From the human T2T-CHM13v2.0 reference genome, Homo sapiens: a stretch of 64,000 bases of DNA. Of the stretch, positions 18,954 through 32,288 are shown piece by piece (the stretch's first letter is position 1; the number at the start of each line of letters is the position of its first letter). The position numbers and the translations under genes were made by a program. The notes below the pieces were generated by a model that had not been told where the DNA came from, searched no databases, and was given only the letters and a program-made list of their open reading frames with translations. The stretch lies in assembly GCF_009914755.1 (NCBI RefSeq), contig NC_060948.1; one strand, given 5' to 3'.

Positions 18954-19470
18954 ACAGGGGTTTGCAACCCCAGGGGCCATGAACTGCTACCTGCCTGTTA
19001 AAAACCAGGTTGCACAGCAGGAGGTGAGCAGCAGGGCAGTGAGTGAGGCTTCATCTGTATTTATAGCTGCTTCCCATCCTGAGCTCCACCTCCTGTCAGA
19101 TCAGCAGCAGCATTAGATTCCTACTGGAGCAGAAACCCTATTGTGAACTGCACATACGAGGGATCTAGGCTGCAGGCTCCTTATGAGAATCCAATGCCTG
19201 ATGATTTGTCACTGTCTCTCCCATCACCCCCAGATGGGACTGTCTAGCTTCAGCAGAACAAGCACGGGGCTCCCATGGATTCTACATCGTGGTGAGTTGT
19301 AGAATTATTTCATTACATATTACAGTGGAATAATAATATACATAAAGGACACAATAAATGTAATGTGCTTGAATCATCCCAAAACCACATGTCCCACCCC
19401 CATCCTGCTCCATGGAAAAACTGTCTTCCATGAAACTGGTCCCTGGTGCAAGAAAGATTAGGGACCGCTG
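18954..19470 (+). mobile_element. MER1A
   Basis: caggggtttgcaacccc...agattagggaccgctg. Confidence 0.8.
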
Positions 19471-19966
19471 CCCTAGGAGATTTCTAGACCATGCCACTTG
19501 AGGGCAACGTCTCCACCAGCCAGTAGTGCTGAGAACTAGCTTCAGTGACATTCTATCCTCCTTCGTCACAAGCTTCTAGGGCAGCTTCCATGTGGAATCC
19601 CCTAGAAGCCATTTGGTTTTTATTCCAAGAGGCCGCTTGTCTGAAAGAAGACAAGTCAGCAAAAATGTAAGCCAAAACAGTTTGGAGGAAGAAAAAGGGT
19701 TTTGACTCTTTAAATATAGAATTTTTAAAACTAGACTTTATTTTTAGAGCAGTCTAAGCTGCGAAATTGAGCAGAAGGCACATAAATTTTTATATATCCC
19801 TTTCCTACACACACACACACCCTCTTCCATGATCAATATCTCTCAGCAGAGTGAGACATTTGTTACAACAGATGAACTCACACGGAGACATCAAAGTCAC
19901 CCAAAGTCCGTAGTTTTCATTAGGGTTCCCTCTTTATGTGAACTCCAGAATTATGAGTATTTATCA

Positions 19967-20332
<366 letters not shown>

Positions 20333-20522
20333 GTGAGCTAGGTCTCGGTTTCTCCTGAATTGCCCATCTAGGATTGAGGTCTTTGAAGGGATTAATTAAT
20401 AATTGCTGACATTTTCTTGCCTTTCCCTGTCGGCAATTCACTGGCCTGTGTGGTCTGGGTCAGGGAGGAAGCGGGTAACCTTCCATACCTTCCATGATCT
20501 CATCTTCTGCAGCTGGTTTTCT

Positions 20523-20830
20523 TTTTTCTTTTTCTTTCTTTTTTTTTAAGACGGAGTTTTGCTCTGTTGCCCAGGTTGGAGGGAGTGCAGTGGCGCGGTC
20601 TTGGCTCACTGCAAGCTCCGCCTCCCGGGTTCACACCATTCTCCTGCCTCTCCCGAGTAGCTGGGACTACAGGCTCCCGCGACCACGCCCGGCTAATTTT
20701 TTGTGTTTTTAGTAGAGATTGGGGTTCACTGTATTAAACAGGATGGTCTCGATCTCCTGACCTCAGGTGATCCGCCGGCCTTGGCCTCCCAAAGTGCTGG
20801 GATTACAGGCCTGAGCTACCTTGTCTGGCC
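20523..20830 (-). mobile_element. Alu (AluY/Sc-like)
   Basis: Antisense Alu; TSD tgcagctggttttct at 20508-20522 and 20831-20845. Confidence 0.9.
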
Positions 20831-23540
20831 TGCAGCTGGTTTTCTACCGACTGAAATTTTAGGGATCCAGAGCGGAGAAGGCTGTGTCTGTGAGTTCCAC
20901 TGTTCTTGGTGCTGCTGGTCCGGGTAAGACACAGTAGTAGATAAACAGCTTTCATTTTGCCCAGAAATCCCCATCAGCACATCTGCCCAAGCTGGGTCAG
21001 GCTCGTTCACTTCTCCACGATGTGTTTTCTCTGTAGGGTGATATGCACCATGCTAAGCAGAATTTTCTCCAGCCTAATCTGCAGAGATAACTCAACTGTG
21101 CTCAGGAGAGCTAGAGGGTTTCTCTGACGTGTTCTTTGTATTTATTTACTTATTTTCCACGCTGCTGTTCTATTTTAAAGTATGCTGTTGAGAAAATCTG
21201 GAAGCATTTTAGTACATGCAAGAGAACAGAGTATTCCTACCGACTGTGCTATGAGGATAAGAAGGAAAACAAAAATACCCCCTCATTTTCATTGAGGTGG
21301 CCAGTAGCCCGTATTTTCATTGAAGGTTTACCCTAGACAGATGAGGGCAAGTTCTCATGGAAAATTCCTAAAAGTCTGTTTCTGCTGAAATAAAGATACA
21401 ACCCCACTAGCTATTAGTCTGCCCCTGGGATTTCTGAGCTATGCAAGCCCATGAGTTTGAAGTAGAGATTTCCTGTGTCGATTTTTTTTTCCCTCCAGTC
21501 ATCCAAGGGTATTCACTAGGTCAGCCTTTCTCTTGATTATAGAGCTTGCGAAGCAGTAGGGTTTGCACTCATGTGACTCAGAAAGTTACTTTTACAATCT
21601 CTGTTAAGAAAATTACATAGTGATCTACAGAGTCCTTTAGAATATTAGAGTTTCACATTGAAATCAGAAACTCCAGGAACTGCAGTTCATACATGAAACA
21701 GCCAGTGTACTTCCAGAGACCTTGCCTTGGGGTAAAAGATGGATATGAAGATGAAAGACAGCAATAAAGTTGAAAAAAATGACTGTAGGTTCGCTGGATC
21801 CTATGTATAAATATTCACTGCAGACGTGGTGCATGTAGTATGTTCACTTCTCTCTGTACAACATTGCATTCTGTCCTTATGACACCTCCAAGAAGTAAAA
21901 TTACCCTTATTGTACCCTTGAGAAATCTGGTTTTAGGAAGGGAGAATAGTGTGTTCTAGGCCCTCTGGTCAAGAAATGGCGAGTAGTAGGAGGAGGTGGT
22001 TTGAGTTCTACTGTCAGACTCGATCACCTATGGCTCTGCTGTTGGTCAAAGGCTTGCAAGAAAAGTGGATTTTAAAGATCTTATGACTGAGGCAGAGGGA
22101 TGATGGCTCCCCAGTGGTAAGGGCCTCCTGGGTCTCCTGGGCTGCAAGTTTCCCTATCTCCACATTTCTAAAGCAAAAGGGGTCTCGATGGAGGATCAGG
22201 GTTGGGTGATGGGAAGTGAGCTAGCAAACCTGTCTGGATTTCCTTCTGAATGCATGAGTCTAGGGGGTTGAATTTAAAGGGCTGGCACTTCTCAATCATG
22301 TCTTTTCCATGCATCACTTTTTAAAACTGGGATGCCATCAGCCTGCTTCAGGAGCATCTCAGCAAACAGGATTTGTTACACAAGGAAATGGTACCATTAG
22401 GCTTGTAAAAAAAAAGCTCTATTTTTTTATATTCACTGATGTCTTTTGTAGATCAAAGACAAAACAGGCAAATGTTGATAATAAGGACATGTTGTCAAAA
22501 TGCTGGTTCAGGGAGAGAAATGCTGCTAACCAGAGGAACAGTAAAAAGCAGTGGCTAGTAAGTCACTGGTTCATCTGCAACAAGCCACAATCCATCAGGT
22601 TCCATGGCATTTAGCAATTAGGAGGGCTCCAATCTTTTGTTAATCACTGAGCTCAGTATCATTCTTTTGCTTGAAGTACATTCTGTAGCTACAAGGACTG
22701 ACCTGCCCTTCATTTGATCATCCTTCCTCACCCTCCACATGGTGGAATTATTAGCAAACAGATGAATTTAATTTAACTGACATGTACTGCAAACCTCCTG
22801 TATTTAAGGAACTCTCTTGGCACTTCAAGGGATTCAACAATTAATCAAACATGGTCCCTGCTCTAGGAACACATCACCAAGCAAGCAGGTAACATTAGCA
22901 GGACAAATGTCAAAATAAAAAAGACTACATACAGCAAACTATGCATTTTACTTAACAAAAAGGATGGAATGACGAGATTCCATAATACTTTCTTTGTGGA
23001 TATATTGTACAAGTTACATCCTGGGACTTTTCTACTCTAGGCATTTCCTTTTTATTAGTATGTGTGTAATTAAAAAATAATTTATTGAGGTTAAATTCAC
23101 ATCATAAAGTAAACCATGTTAAAGTAATAATGTAATGGCATTTCATACATCTCAGTGTTGTGCAGCCATCACCTGCGCATAGTTCCAGATTTTTGTTGCC
23201 CCAAGCTATAATTCTGCATCCATCCAGAGGTTTCTTTCCACTGCTCACTCACCGTCATCCAATGCATGAAATTTTCAAAGCAGAATTGAATTAGTTTACC
23301 TGATATTTTATTTACTTCAGACTTGTAGGGCATTAAAACCATTATATTTGAGTTACCTATCTAATTTCCGTAAACCTCTGTCTTTCACTGCACTTCGATA
23401 AACCAATTTTGGGGTGCAGATTGTCCAGGTAGCACAAGTATTTAGAGGTATGAATATATATTATCTATTAAGTGAACCAATAATATTCCCTCTGAATAAG
23501 CTAGTATAAATAGATTTCCCCACTGCAGGGAAATCCTGAC

Positions 23541-23863
23541 TTTTTTTTTTTTTTTTTTTTTTTTGAGGCAGGGTCTTGCTCTGTCACCCTGTCTGGAGTG
23601 CGCTGGTGCAATCTTGGCTCACTGTCTCAAGTGATTCTCACATTTCAACCCCCAGTATGTAACTGGAACTACAGGCATATGCCACTATGCCTGGCTAGTT
23701 TTTTTGTTTGTTTGTTTGTTTGTTTGTTTGGTGCGTGTGTGTGTGTAGAGATAGGGTTTTCCCATGTTGCCTAGGCTAGTCTCAAACTCCTGGACTTAAG
23801 CAGTCTTCCCACCTCAGCCTCTCAAAGTGCTGGGATTACAGGCATGAGCCACTGCACCTGGCC
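23541..23863 (-). mobile_element. AluJ
   Basis: Poly-T tail, antisense Alu with (TTTG)n middle. Confidence 0.85.
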
Positions 23864-24985
23864 AAATCTAGACATTTCTTAATAGAATTCAACCTTAGTC
23901 ATGTATTCTTTCATTCATTCATTCACCTATTCATTTATTCAATTGAACACTTGGTGTATGCCAAGCTCTGTGCTATACTCCAGGTGTCAAGAAGCTATGA
24001 CAGCATAAAAAGAAGGTGAGCGATTGTCCACAATGCAGGAAAAAGCCCACATTAGCAATGGGCACAGAGGCAAGGTAATGCTGTACAATGGAGATTGAGG
24101 AGAAGTTTGTCAAAACAGTGGCATAAACCAACAACAACAATAAAAATCAGGGACGTGCTACCTGTTCTTGACAAGCCAGACATATCGGTAAAAGGTAGAG
24201 CCCAGTGACAGGCTGGGAAGCACAAGGCGTGTCACCGGCCACCCATAGAAAACTTCAGCCTTGGGTTTGAGGATGATAGCACCCCTCTAAATCTCAGTTA
24301 TCAGCTGGAAGGGACAAATTAAGGCATTGATGGAGGAAGAAGTTGTCAAAATCTAAGACATACCCATGCAACTGTAGAGTGAGAGGCAGAGAGAAGAGCA
24401 CATTGGGCCCAGAGATTGTTAGGCATCAGGAACTAAACTTGGCAACCAGGTGACTATGAGGAAGGTGTGAAGGATAGGCAGAAGGCAAGGATGACTTGAG
24501 TTTCTACTTTACTGACTAGATGGGTGGCAACATCATTAACAAGGATAAAGAGATGTTCAAGAGACAGCTGTTTTTTGTTTTGTTTTGTAATTTAATCAAT
24601 GGGTTTGGGGCATGCCCAAGAAAAGGCCTAAGGGCATTATTTGACTAATCCCTGCAACTATGTCAACACATGCTGAAAACTAAAGCTAGAGAAGGAATGA
24701 ATTCCCATTTATGAACCAGTGTTTCCTGACTATCAACTCTGTGGAAGCCACCCTAGGTGTGGGCGGCAGGTGGTGAGGAATTCCTAGACATTGTGTTTCT
24801 TAGGAGGAACTAAGACAGTCCATGCTCCATGCAGGGGAAGCAACTTATTTCTTAGGCTTATTCCTTCCTTCTTCCTGACAGCCCCTGAGAGAGTGCTGGA
24901 TGTAGGGCAGGGCATCAAATCTAAAGAGCAGGCACTTCTCAATTATACTTTTTCCATGCATTGCCTTTTAAAAACTGCATGCCTG

Positions 24986-25837
24986 CTGGGTGTGGTGGCT
25001 CATGCCTGTAATCCTAGTGTTACATGAGTCCGTGTGAAGAGACCACCAAACAGGCTTTGTGTGAGCAATAAAGCTCTTTAATCACCTGGGTTCAGGTGGG
25101 CTGAATCTGAAAAAGGAGTCAGCACAGGGACATAGGGGTGGGACAGTTTTATAGGATTTGGGAAAGTAGTGGAAAATTACAGTTAAAGGGGGTTGTTCTC
25201 TTGCAGGCAGGGGCAGGGGTCACAAGGTACTCGATGGGGAGATAATGAGACTCATTTTCCAGAAAAAGGAATGCCACAAGGTTAACTGATCAGTCAGGGT
25301 GGGGCAGGAACAAATCACAATGGTGGAATGTCCTCAGTTAAGGCAGGAACTGGCCATTTTCACTTCTCTCTCTTTTTTTTTTTTTTTTTTTTTTTTTTTG
25401 AGTTGGAGTTTTGCTCTTGTTATCCAGGCTGGAGTGCAATGGCACCGGCTCACCATAACCTCTGCCTCTGGGGTTCTTTTGTGGTTTCTTAGTTGCTTCA
25501 GGCCATCTGGATTTATATGTGCAGGTCAAAGGGGATATGATGGCTTAGCTTGTGCTCAGAGGCCTGACACCCAGCACTTTGGGAGGCTGAGGGGGGTAGA
25601 TCCTTGAGGCTAAGAGTTCGAGTCCAGCCTGAATAACATAGTGAGACCCTGTTTGTACAAAAATAATAACAATAATAATAATACAAAAATTAGCCCAGCA
25701 TGGTGGCAAATGCCTGTAGTCGTAGCTACATGGGGGACTGAGGTGGGAGAATCGCTTCTGCCTTGGAGGCGGAGGTTACAGTGAGCCAAGATCACACCAC
25801 CGGCACTCCAGCCTAGGCAACAGAGGGAAGCTCCATC

Positions 25838-25877
<40 letters not shown>

Positions 25878-25885
25878 AAATAAAA
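24986..25885 (+). mobile_element. AluJ split by an LTR7 insertion; (AAAT)n tail
   Basis: gctgggtgtggtggctcatgcctgtaatcctag | LTR | cccagcactttgggaggctgagg... Confidence 0.9.
25018..25569 (-). mobile_element. LTR7 (HERV-H solo LTR) containing a 5'-truncated antisense Alu piece (~25374-25474)
   Basis: gtccgtgtgaagagaccaccaaacaggctttgtgtgagcaa and gcttagcttgtgctcagaggcctgaca are reverse complements of the LTR7 ends; TSD cc(t/c)ag. Confidence 0.9.
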
Positions 25886-27059
25886 GCCGCTCACCTGCTT
25901 CAGGGGCATCTCAGGGGCATCTCAGCAGACAAGATTGGTTGTACAAGTACACGATACCATTGGGCTTGTAAAAAAATTTTTTTCTTTTTATACTCACAGA
26001 TGTCTTTTGTAGATCAAAGAACACAACAGGCAAACACTGTCCCTAAGGATATGTTATCAAAATGCTGGGTCAGGAAGAGGATTGCGACTAACCAGAGGAA
26101 GAGCCAAAAGCAGTCGCTGGTGCACCCTGCAAGAAGCTGGTGCCGTGGTGCCTTTCCGGGCCCTGCACACTGGTCTGAGCACCATGTTTTTACCCCAGGT
26201 GGGCTCTGCTGACCGAAGATCCTGTCCTGACCTCTCCCCACCATTCCAGGTCTGACTTATCCAAGAAGCCAGGCAGCCACCTCCTCCTCGTCCTCTGCCT
26301 CCTGGAATAGGGAACTACCCTCTGTACCCTCTACTTTTTGCCTTGTCTCCAGGTCACTGCCACCCTACCCCCACACCCTCCCCAGATAATACCATTAGAC
26401 CATTAGACTCTCCCAACTTCCCAGCCCTCGCCCTTCCCCTCGAAGGCTCTCCACGCCGGAGGGCAGCCGTTCCATCTTTCCGGCAGGAAGACTGGCAGGG
26501 GGAGGGAGGCGTGCGCCCGGGAGTCCTGGAGAAGCGGGAGGGCGTGGCGGCGGCTCTCACGTTGCAGCCCTGCAGGCAGCTCCCGGGATGCTTGCGAGGC
26601 CAGTCCGCTCCTGCCTGCACAAGGGCTAGGAAGAGCTGCCAGAGGAAACGCTGTCTGACCCGGAGAAGCGCAAACTCTGCTCCTTCTCTGTCCCCTGAAA
26701 GGAACGGAAACGTTGCCAGCGCTGCTTAGGCGTTCTCCAAGCGCGGACTCTGTTGCGGCTCCCACCGCGCTCCCTGCATCTCGCCCTTTCCTCCTGGGTC
26801 CCGGGACTTCTCTCTGACATAGAGCCCTCCTTCCCAGAGCCGCCTGCGGTTCTTGCAGCTGGAGTGGGTGAGGCATACGCACCCGGGCCTAGGCGTAATG
26901 AAGACGCGAGAGGAAGGCTGAGCGCAGAGCGGCGCGGCCAGGGTCCCTTGGCTTGGGACTGCGCCCCGTCTCCCCGGGGTGGGGCAGGGTAGGGGTGTGC
27001 AGAGGCGTGGACTTGGGGAAGCCTAGCAGCGCCTGAATAAAAGGGCGCCGGCGCGCTGT

Positions 27060-27212
27060 GCCGCGCTGAGCCGCGCTGAAAAGCCGAGCTGCCTCGCTCC
27101 CGGCCCGGGAAAGGGCATGGCCCCGGCAGACTCCTGGCCTTGACTTGAGCACCACGGCACGGTGGATGATCCGCGCTCTGCGCTCCCGTGTGCGGCGGCT
27201 TCCCAAGGATAG
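27060..27212 (+). pseudogene. MXRA5Y: Putative exon 1 (5' leader) of MXRA5Y
   Basis: Follows the TATA-like motif and ends at donor AG|GTGAGG (27213); start approximate. Confidence 0.6.
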
Positions 27213-27788
27213 GTGAGGACCCAGGGTGGCCAGGGTGCCCGTGGGCTGCTGTGTCTGCTTGCAGGGAGTGACGGGATTTGAGAGACACCCAAGGGAAAAA
27301 CAGGGTAAAGGGCCCGCATGCAGGCAGATTGCACTGTTCCCCAGCACTGTTTGAAGTTGCTAAGAAATCAGGAAACCTGAATTCCTCCAATTTTAAGTAG
27401 CTGAGGATCAGTTAGGGAGGACAGCCGGATCTTGAAGGAGGATGCATGCAGGTCTAATTAAGCCCAGACAACCCATGCCTCCTTTCCTCCCGCTTCCCAA
27501 CTCGCCCCTCATCCCTCTGTCTCTCTCTCTGGAGACCTACAACCCCGCCATCCGGCGTTTCTAGGAAGCTGCGGACGGAATTCTTGAATGAAGCCCACTG
27601 TGCTCTTGCAATCGGTGGGGGAAAGGACGCTTGAGGGGTCTCTTTTCAGGTTGCTCAGGCTGCGACTACTTCATGTCTCCTATTCCTCCTCTCTTCCCCA
27701 GCTCCTTCCCTGCCTCTTTCCTCCTACTATTACCCAGGCTTTTCCTGGAAAGGGGACAACCCAACGCCTAGAGTGATCTGAGCCATGG

Positions 27789-27827
<39 letters not shown>
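27789..27827. repeat. Poly-A run (A39) in intron 1
   Basis: Counted in sequence. Confidence 0.9.
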
Positions 27828-27830
<3 letters not shown>

Positions 27831-28599
27831 ACAGTCATCCCCGCAGAGAGAAGGGGTTTGATGTCCGAGTCCCGAGCGGCGACGACTCGCGGGGCCACCC
27901 CATCCGCCTTCCAGGAAAGCGCGTAGTTCACCCCGCAGCCAGCTCGACGCAACCCAACGTACTCTGGAAGCCGGCCAGGGGCGCAGGGCCTCCAGCGCGG
28001 CCACTCTAGGTTGTCCGCCCAGGGCCAAGAAGAAAGCAGACTGCCTCACCACCCCTGCTTCCCTGCAGGGTTCGCAGACCGTATCCGGCGGCCTAGCTGG
28101 CGCAGGGCCGCTTTCTCTGCGGCAGAGACTTGACCCCGCGTCCCGGGGATTAGGGTTGGCTGGGGGCGAGTTTCCTGGATCCCCCGGGAGGTTGGTGCCG
28201 GGGTGGGAGGGTGGACAGGGAGCGGGGGCTGAGGAGTCCTCTGGAACGCCTGGGCCAAGTCCGCCCGCAGGCACAGGACGCTGGGGACTGGCGCCCTCGG
28301 CTGCCCTTGGGACCAACCCAGCACCAAGGTCGGGCGCGCTGGCAGGGGCGGGGACAACCTGGGCTCTGACGAGAGAGAAAAGTCCGAGGACTTGCAGAGC
28401 TGCGGGAGTCAGTTTGTTCCAGCCCTCAGAGGCGAAGCCAGACTTGCTTTTTTGCAAAGCTACCAGTGCACCATCAGTCCTTGATGGGCAACTGAAGGGA
28501 GACGAGCCCCCGGGCTTAAGAGAATAACCTTTCCTAGGTCACTCAAAGGCAGGGAAAGCTACAGGTCTGGATGCTCCTCTCTTATAGAAAGGGTTTTAG

Positions 28600-28926
<327 letters not shown>

Positions 28927-29436
28927 TAGTTAGCAGTTCGTGGTCGTTCAGAACCCGGGCGAATGGGCAGGCTGTCGTTTGTTGTGCATCCCTATTTACT
29001 TTCCATGTGTGCCACTGTTTTTAAGTGAACGCCATTCAAGAGATGACAAAAATGTTAGATGACATAGACATTGCCAGGGCACGAAGAAGATCACTTCTAA
29101 ATGAAGTAGCTGATGCAATCTAGGTTTTCCATTTTTTTAGTGACTCCATTTTTTTTTCTGTTTGCCTGAATGTATTTCATTAGCAATCCCTTCCTGTTTA
29201 TTGAATGATCAGAGGTTCCCCCAGACTTCCTCCCCGATTAACAGCAACTCTGTATCATCCAGAAAACTCTCTAGCTTTTCCAAGACAAAAAAATAAGGAT
29301 AGTAAATACACCCAGAAATAACAGGATGAATCTCCTTCTAGTGAATACCTCTTTAAGCTCTTCAAGAAGCTAGAATTAAAGGTTTGAGAAATATCATTAA
29401 AGGAAAGAATCAAAATAAATAGTTTTCTTGGGAAGT

Positions 29437-29571
29437 AATTTTGTATTTTTTAGTAGAGACGGGATTTCTCCGTGTTGGTTAGACTGGTCTCTACCTACAG
29501 ACATCAGGTGATCCGCCCGCCTCGGCTTCCCGAAATGCTGGGATGACAGGCGTGAGCCACCGCGCCCAGCC
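29437..29571 (-). mobile_element. Alu left arm only, part of a local duplication
   Basis: Left monomer followed by the same unique flank as the 28620 Alu. Confidence 0.8.
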
Positions 29572-30075
29572 TGGGTTTTAGAGTTTTTAATCAGCAGTTC
29601 GCCCTCCTTCAGAACCTGGGCGAATGGACAGGCGTGTGTTTGTTGTGTATATAAATATATAATGGCTTAGTTGTTGTTGGATGCAGAAACACAACATTTT
29701 ATTATTTCTTTTATTATGGAAACATAAATACAAACCTCTCTTTTTCTTGTTCTCTCTCTGTCTTTCTGTTTCCCCCACTACCCCCCGCCAATTTCATACC
29801 CACAATTACAGAATGCAAGACAGATTTCCAAATCATAGTATCCAAGCCAAGAATCAAGACTATATTCTATAGTCATGATTAAAGTGAATGGTGAAAAGTT
29901 TAGAAAAAAACCATGTTTCATCTTTCTCAATTCCCATGGTTTAAGCGTCACTACAACACATCGTGTGAAGTCCTGGGAAGCTTGAAACCCTGATGCACAA
30001 TTCAAATTTAAAAATTGCCCACAGTTCGTCGGTGCTACCTGTGAATAAGCGCATCTCTTCGTTGTTCTACCTCAG

Positions 30076-30291
30076 GTATCCGAGAATCAGGCACCCCGAC
30101 AAGATGCCCAAGCGCGCGCACTGGGGGGCCCTCTCTGTGGTGCTGATCCTGCTTTGGGGTCATCCGCGAGTGGCGCTGGCCTGCCCTCATCCTTGTGCCT
30201 GCTACGTCCCCAGCGAGGTCCACTGCACGTTCCGATCCCTGGCTTCTGTGCCCGCTGGCATTGCTAAACATGTGGAAAGAATCAATTTGGG
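30076..30291 (+). pseudogene. MXRA5Y: MXRA5Y exon 2: ATG at 30104, signal peptide + LRRNT cap
   Basis: Acceptor ctcag|GTATCC; MPKRAHWGALSVVLILLWGHPRVALACPHPCACYVPSEVHC...INLG; donor GG|gtttgt (phase 2). Confidence 0.95.
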
Positions 30292-31122
30292 GTTTGTACC
30301 ACCTTCTTCCCGAACCATCCCACTGTCAGTGCGTGCGTCTTGATCTGGTTTTGCAATGAGTGTATGTGCATTTACTTAACTTCATTTGTGCATTTCCTCT
30401 GTGTAGCTCTGTCGACAATTATGGAGCTGCAGATGGGTAGAATAGAGAGGAAAAGTTTTAGTTATGCTAAATACAGCTTTTTTGATGATTATCTGACTAT
30501 ATCCCTTAGCTGCCACTGCTGTAAGGTCTATTAACAAGCAGCATGAACAACTTTAGAGTCTGTTGATAAATTGCCTTGATAGCATTTCTTTAATATATTG
30601 TAGAGGTGAATGCATGAGAAACACACTTAAACATACGAAGATGATTTAAATAGACTTCAGCAACGATTTAAGAATAATAAAAATAAGCAGAACATCTGTG
30701 CCATTTTATAAGTCATGTAGATGATAGAATTGTGACTTTAAGGCAGGAAAAGAATTCCTGCAGATTTTGGCTATTAAAAATGTCAACATCTTTTTTAAAA
30801 CATATTTCGATGTGGTGTGCCAGGTAGAATTTTAATATATTGGTGTCATTTTATACGCACGAAGGTTGTGTGGACCTAAGTGTTAGGTGCTATGAACTAC
30901 AGGTGCTCAACTGCAATTTTAATAGTCAACAATCATTTAGAGTACTTCAACAAAATGTATTAGCTACTTTCTAGCATCTATCCCCAGAACAACTGATTAA
31001 ATTAGTGTCTGAGAAATATCCACCATGGAGATCTTTTAATAAAAATAAAATGTCCAGATTTGAGCAAATGCAAAATAACTGTAAATGTACCTGGACATCT
31101 TATAGAACAAAGTTAAAAAAAA

Positions 31123-31308
31123 ACTTTCCTCTATTGACAGTGGTAGAAAAAGAGAATGAAACACTGAGATAATAAGATGGAAATTTCTCTATCGACAGTG
31201 GTAGAGTCAGAGAATGAAACGTTGAGGGAGTAAGGAGGAAACTTCCCTATTGACAGTGGTAGAATTAGACAATGAAACGTTGAGGGAATAAGATGATAAT
31301 TTCCCTAA
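31123..31308. repeat. Minisatellite, 58-bp unit x ~3.2
   Basis: ctat(t/c)gacagtggtaga recurs at 31131, 31189 and 31247. Confidence 0.85.
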
Positions 31309-31547
31309 CCCATGGCAACAGACCATTAAATAGCTTTCTCAATGAAATGCTGTTAGAGTTTATGAGTTGACCACCTGAACATCCAACCACAACGATGATA
31401 GCTCATTGGGGAAAACAGCTTGGCATTGCCAGAGGAGGGAATAGTAACATGTAAGCCAGCTTCCCTTTTTACAGTCTTGTAATTTATCAGGACACATTTC
31501 TTGTATAATTAAGTAAGAAAAACGGAAGAGGTGCTAAAGCCCATTTG

Positions 31548-31957
31548 TTTTATTTATTTATTTATTTAACTTTAAGTTCCACGATACATGTGCAGAGTGT
31601 ACAGGTTGTTACATAGGTATATGTGTGCCATGGTGGTTTTCTGCACCTATTGACCCAACCTCTAAGTTCCCTCCTCTCACCCCTCACCCGCCAGCAGGAC
31701 CTGGTGTATGTTGTTCCTCTCCCTGTGCTCCTGTGTTCTCAATGTTCAACTCCCACTTACGAGTGAGAACATGCCACATTTAGTTTTCTCTTCCCCTTGT
31801 TAATTCACTGAGGATGATGGCTTCCAGCTTCATCCAGGTCCCTGAAAATAACAAGATCTCATTCCTTTTTACAGCGCCATAGTATTCCATGGTTTATATG
31901 TACCACATTCTCTTTATCCAGTCTATCATTGGTGGATATTTGGGTTGGTTCCTTGAC
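31548..31957 (-). mobile_element. 5'-truncated L1PA 3' end
   Basis: Antisense L1 3' UTR; 16-bp TSD tgctaaagc(c/t)catttg at 31532-31547 and 31958-31973. Confidence 0.9.
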
Positions 31958-32223
31958 TGCTAAAGCTCATTTGAATCCTGAGAGATAGCACATGTGATAT
32001 TTGAAAGTGAAGCTTTAACTGTAACTTCTTTTTCTTCCACCCTTGGTGTGCAAAATGGCTCTGTCTAGGAATTGTTTTTTATACATGAACCATTTTAACA
32101 CATGGTCCCACTTGCTGGGATTAACCACCTCATCTCTCAAACCTAGCACCTTGGCAGGTCCCATGCTGGGGGTACCATCAGCCAGTCCTTGGTGGAGCCT
32201 TCTAAAAAGTGTGGGGCTGATGC

Positions 32224-32225
<2 letters not shown>

Positions 32226-32285
<60 letters not shown>
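32226..32285. repeat. (AT)30 microsatellite
   Basis: Counted in sequence. Confidence 0.95.

Positions 32286-32288
<3 letters not shown>

Larger units (their letters stand above)
26450..28450. promoter_or_regulatory. CpG island / MXRA5Y promoter region with TATA-like GAATAAAAG (~27035-27043)
   Basis: Dense CpG and GC content against AT-rich flanks; GC boxes; TATA-like motif just upstream of the putative exon 1. Confidence 0.75.

Noticed and set aside
26343-28527. Several 100-254 aa ORFs on both strands
   Set aside because: Expected stop-codon scarcity in a GC-rich island; no recognisable domains
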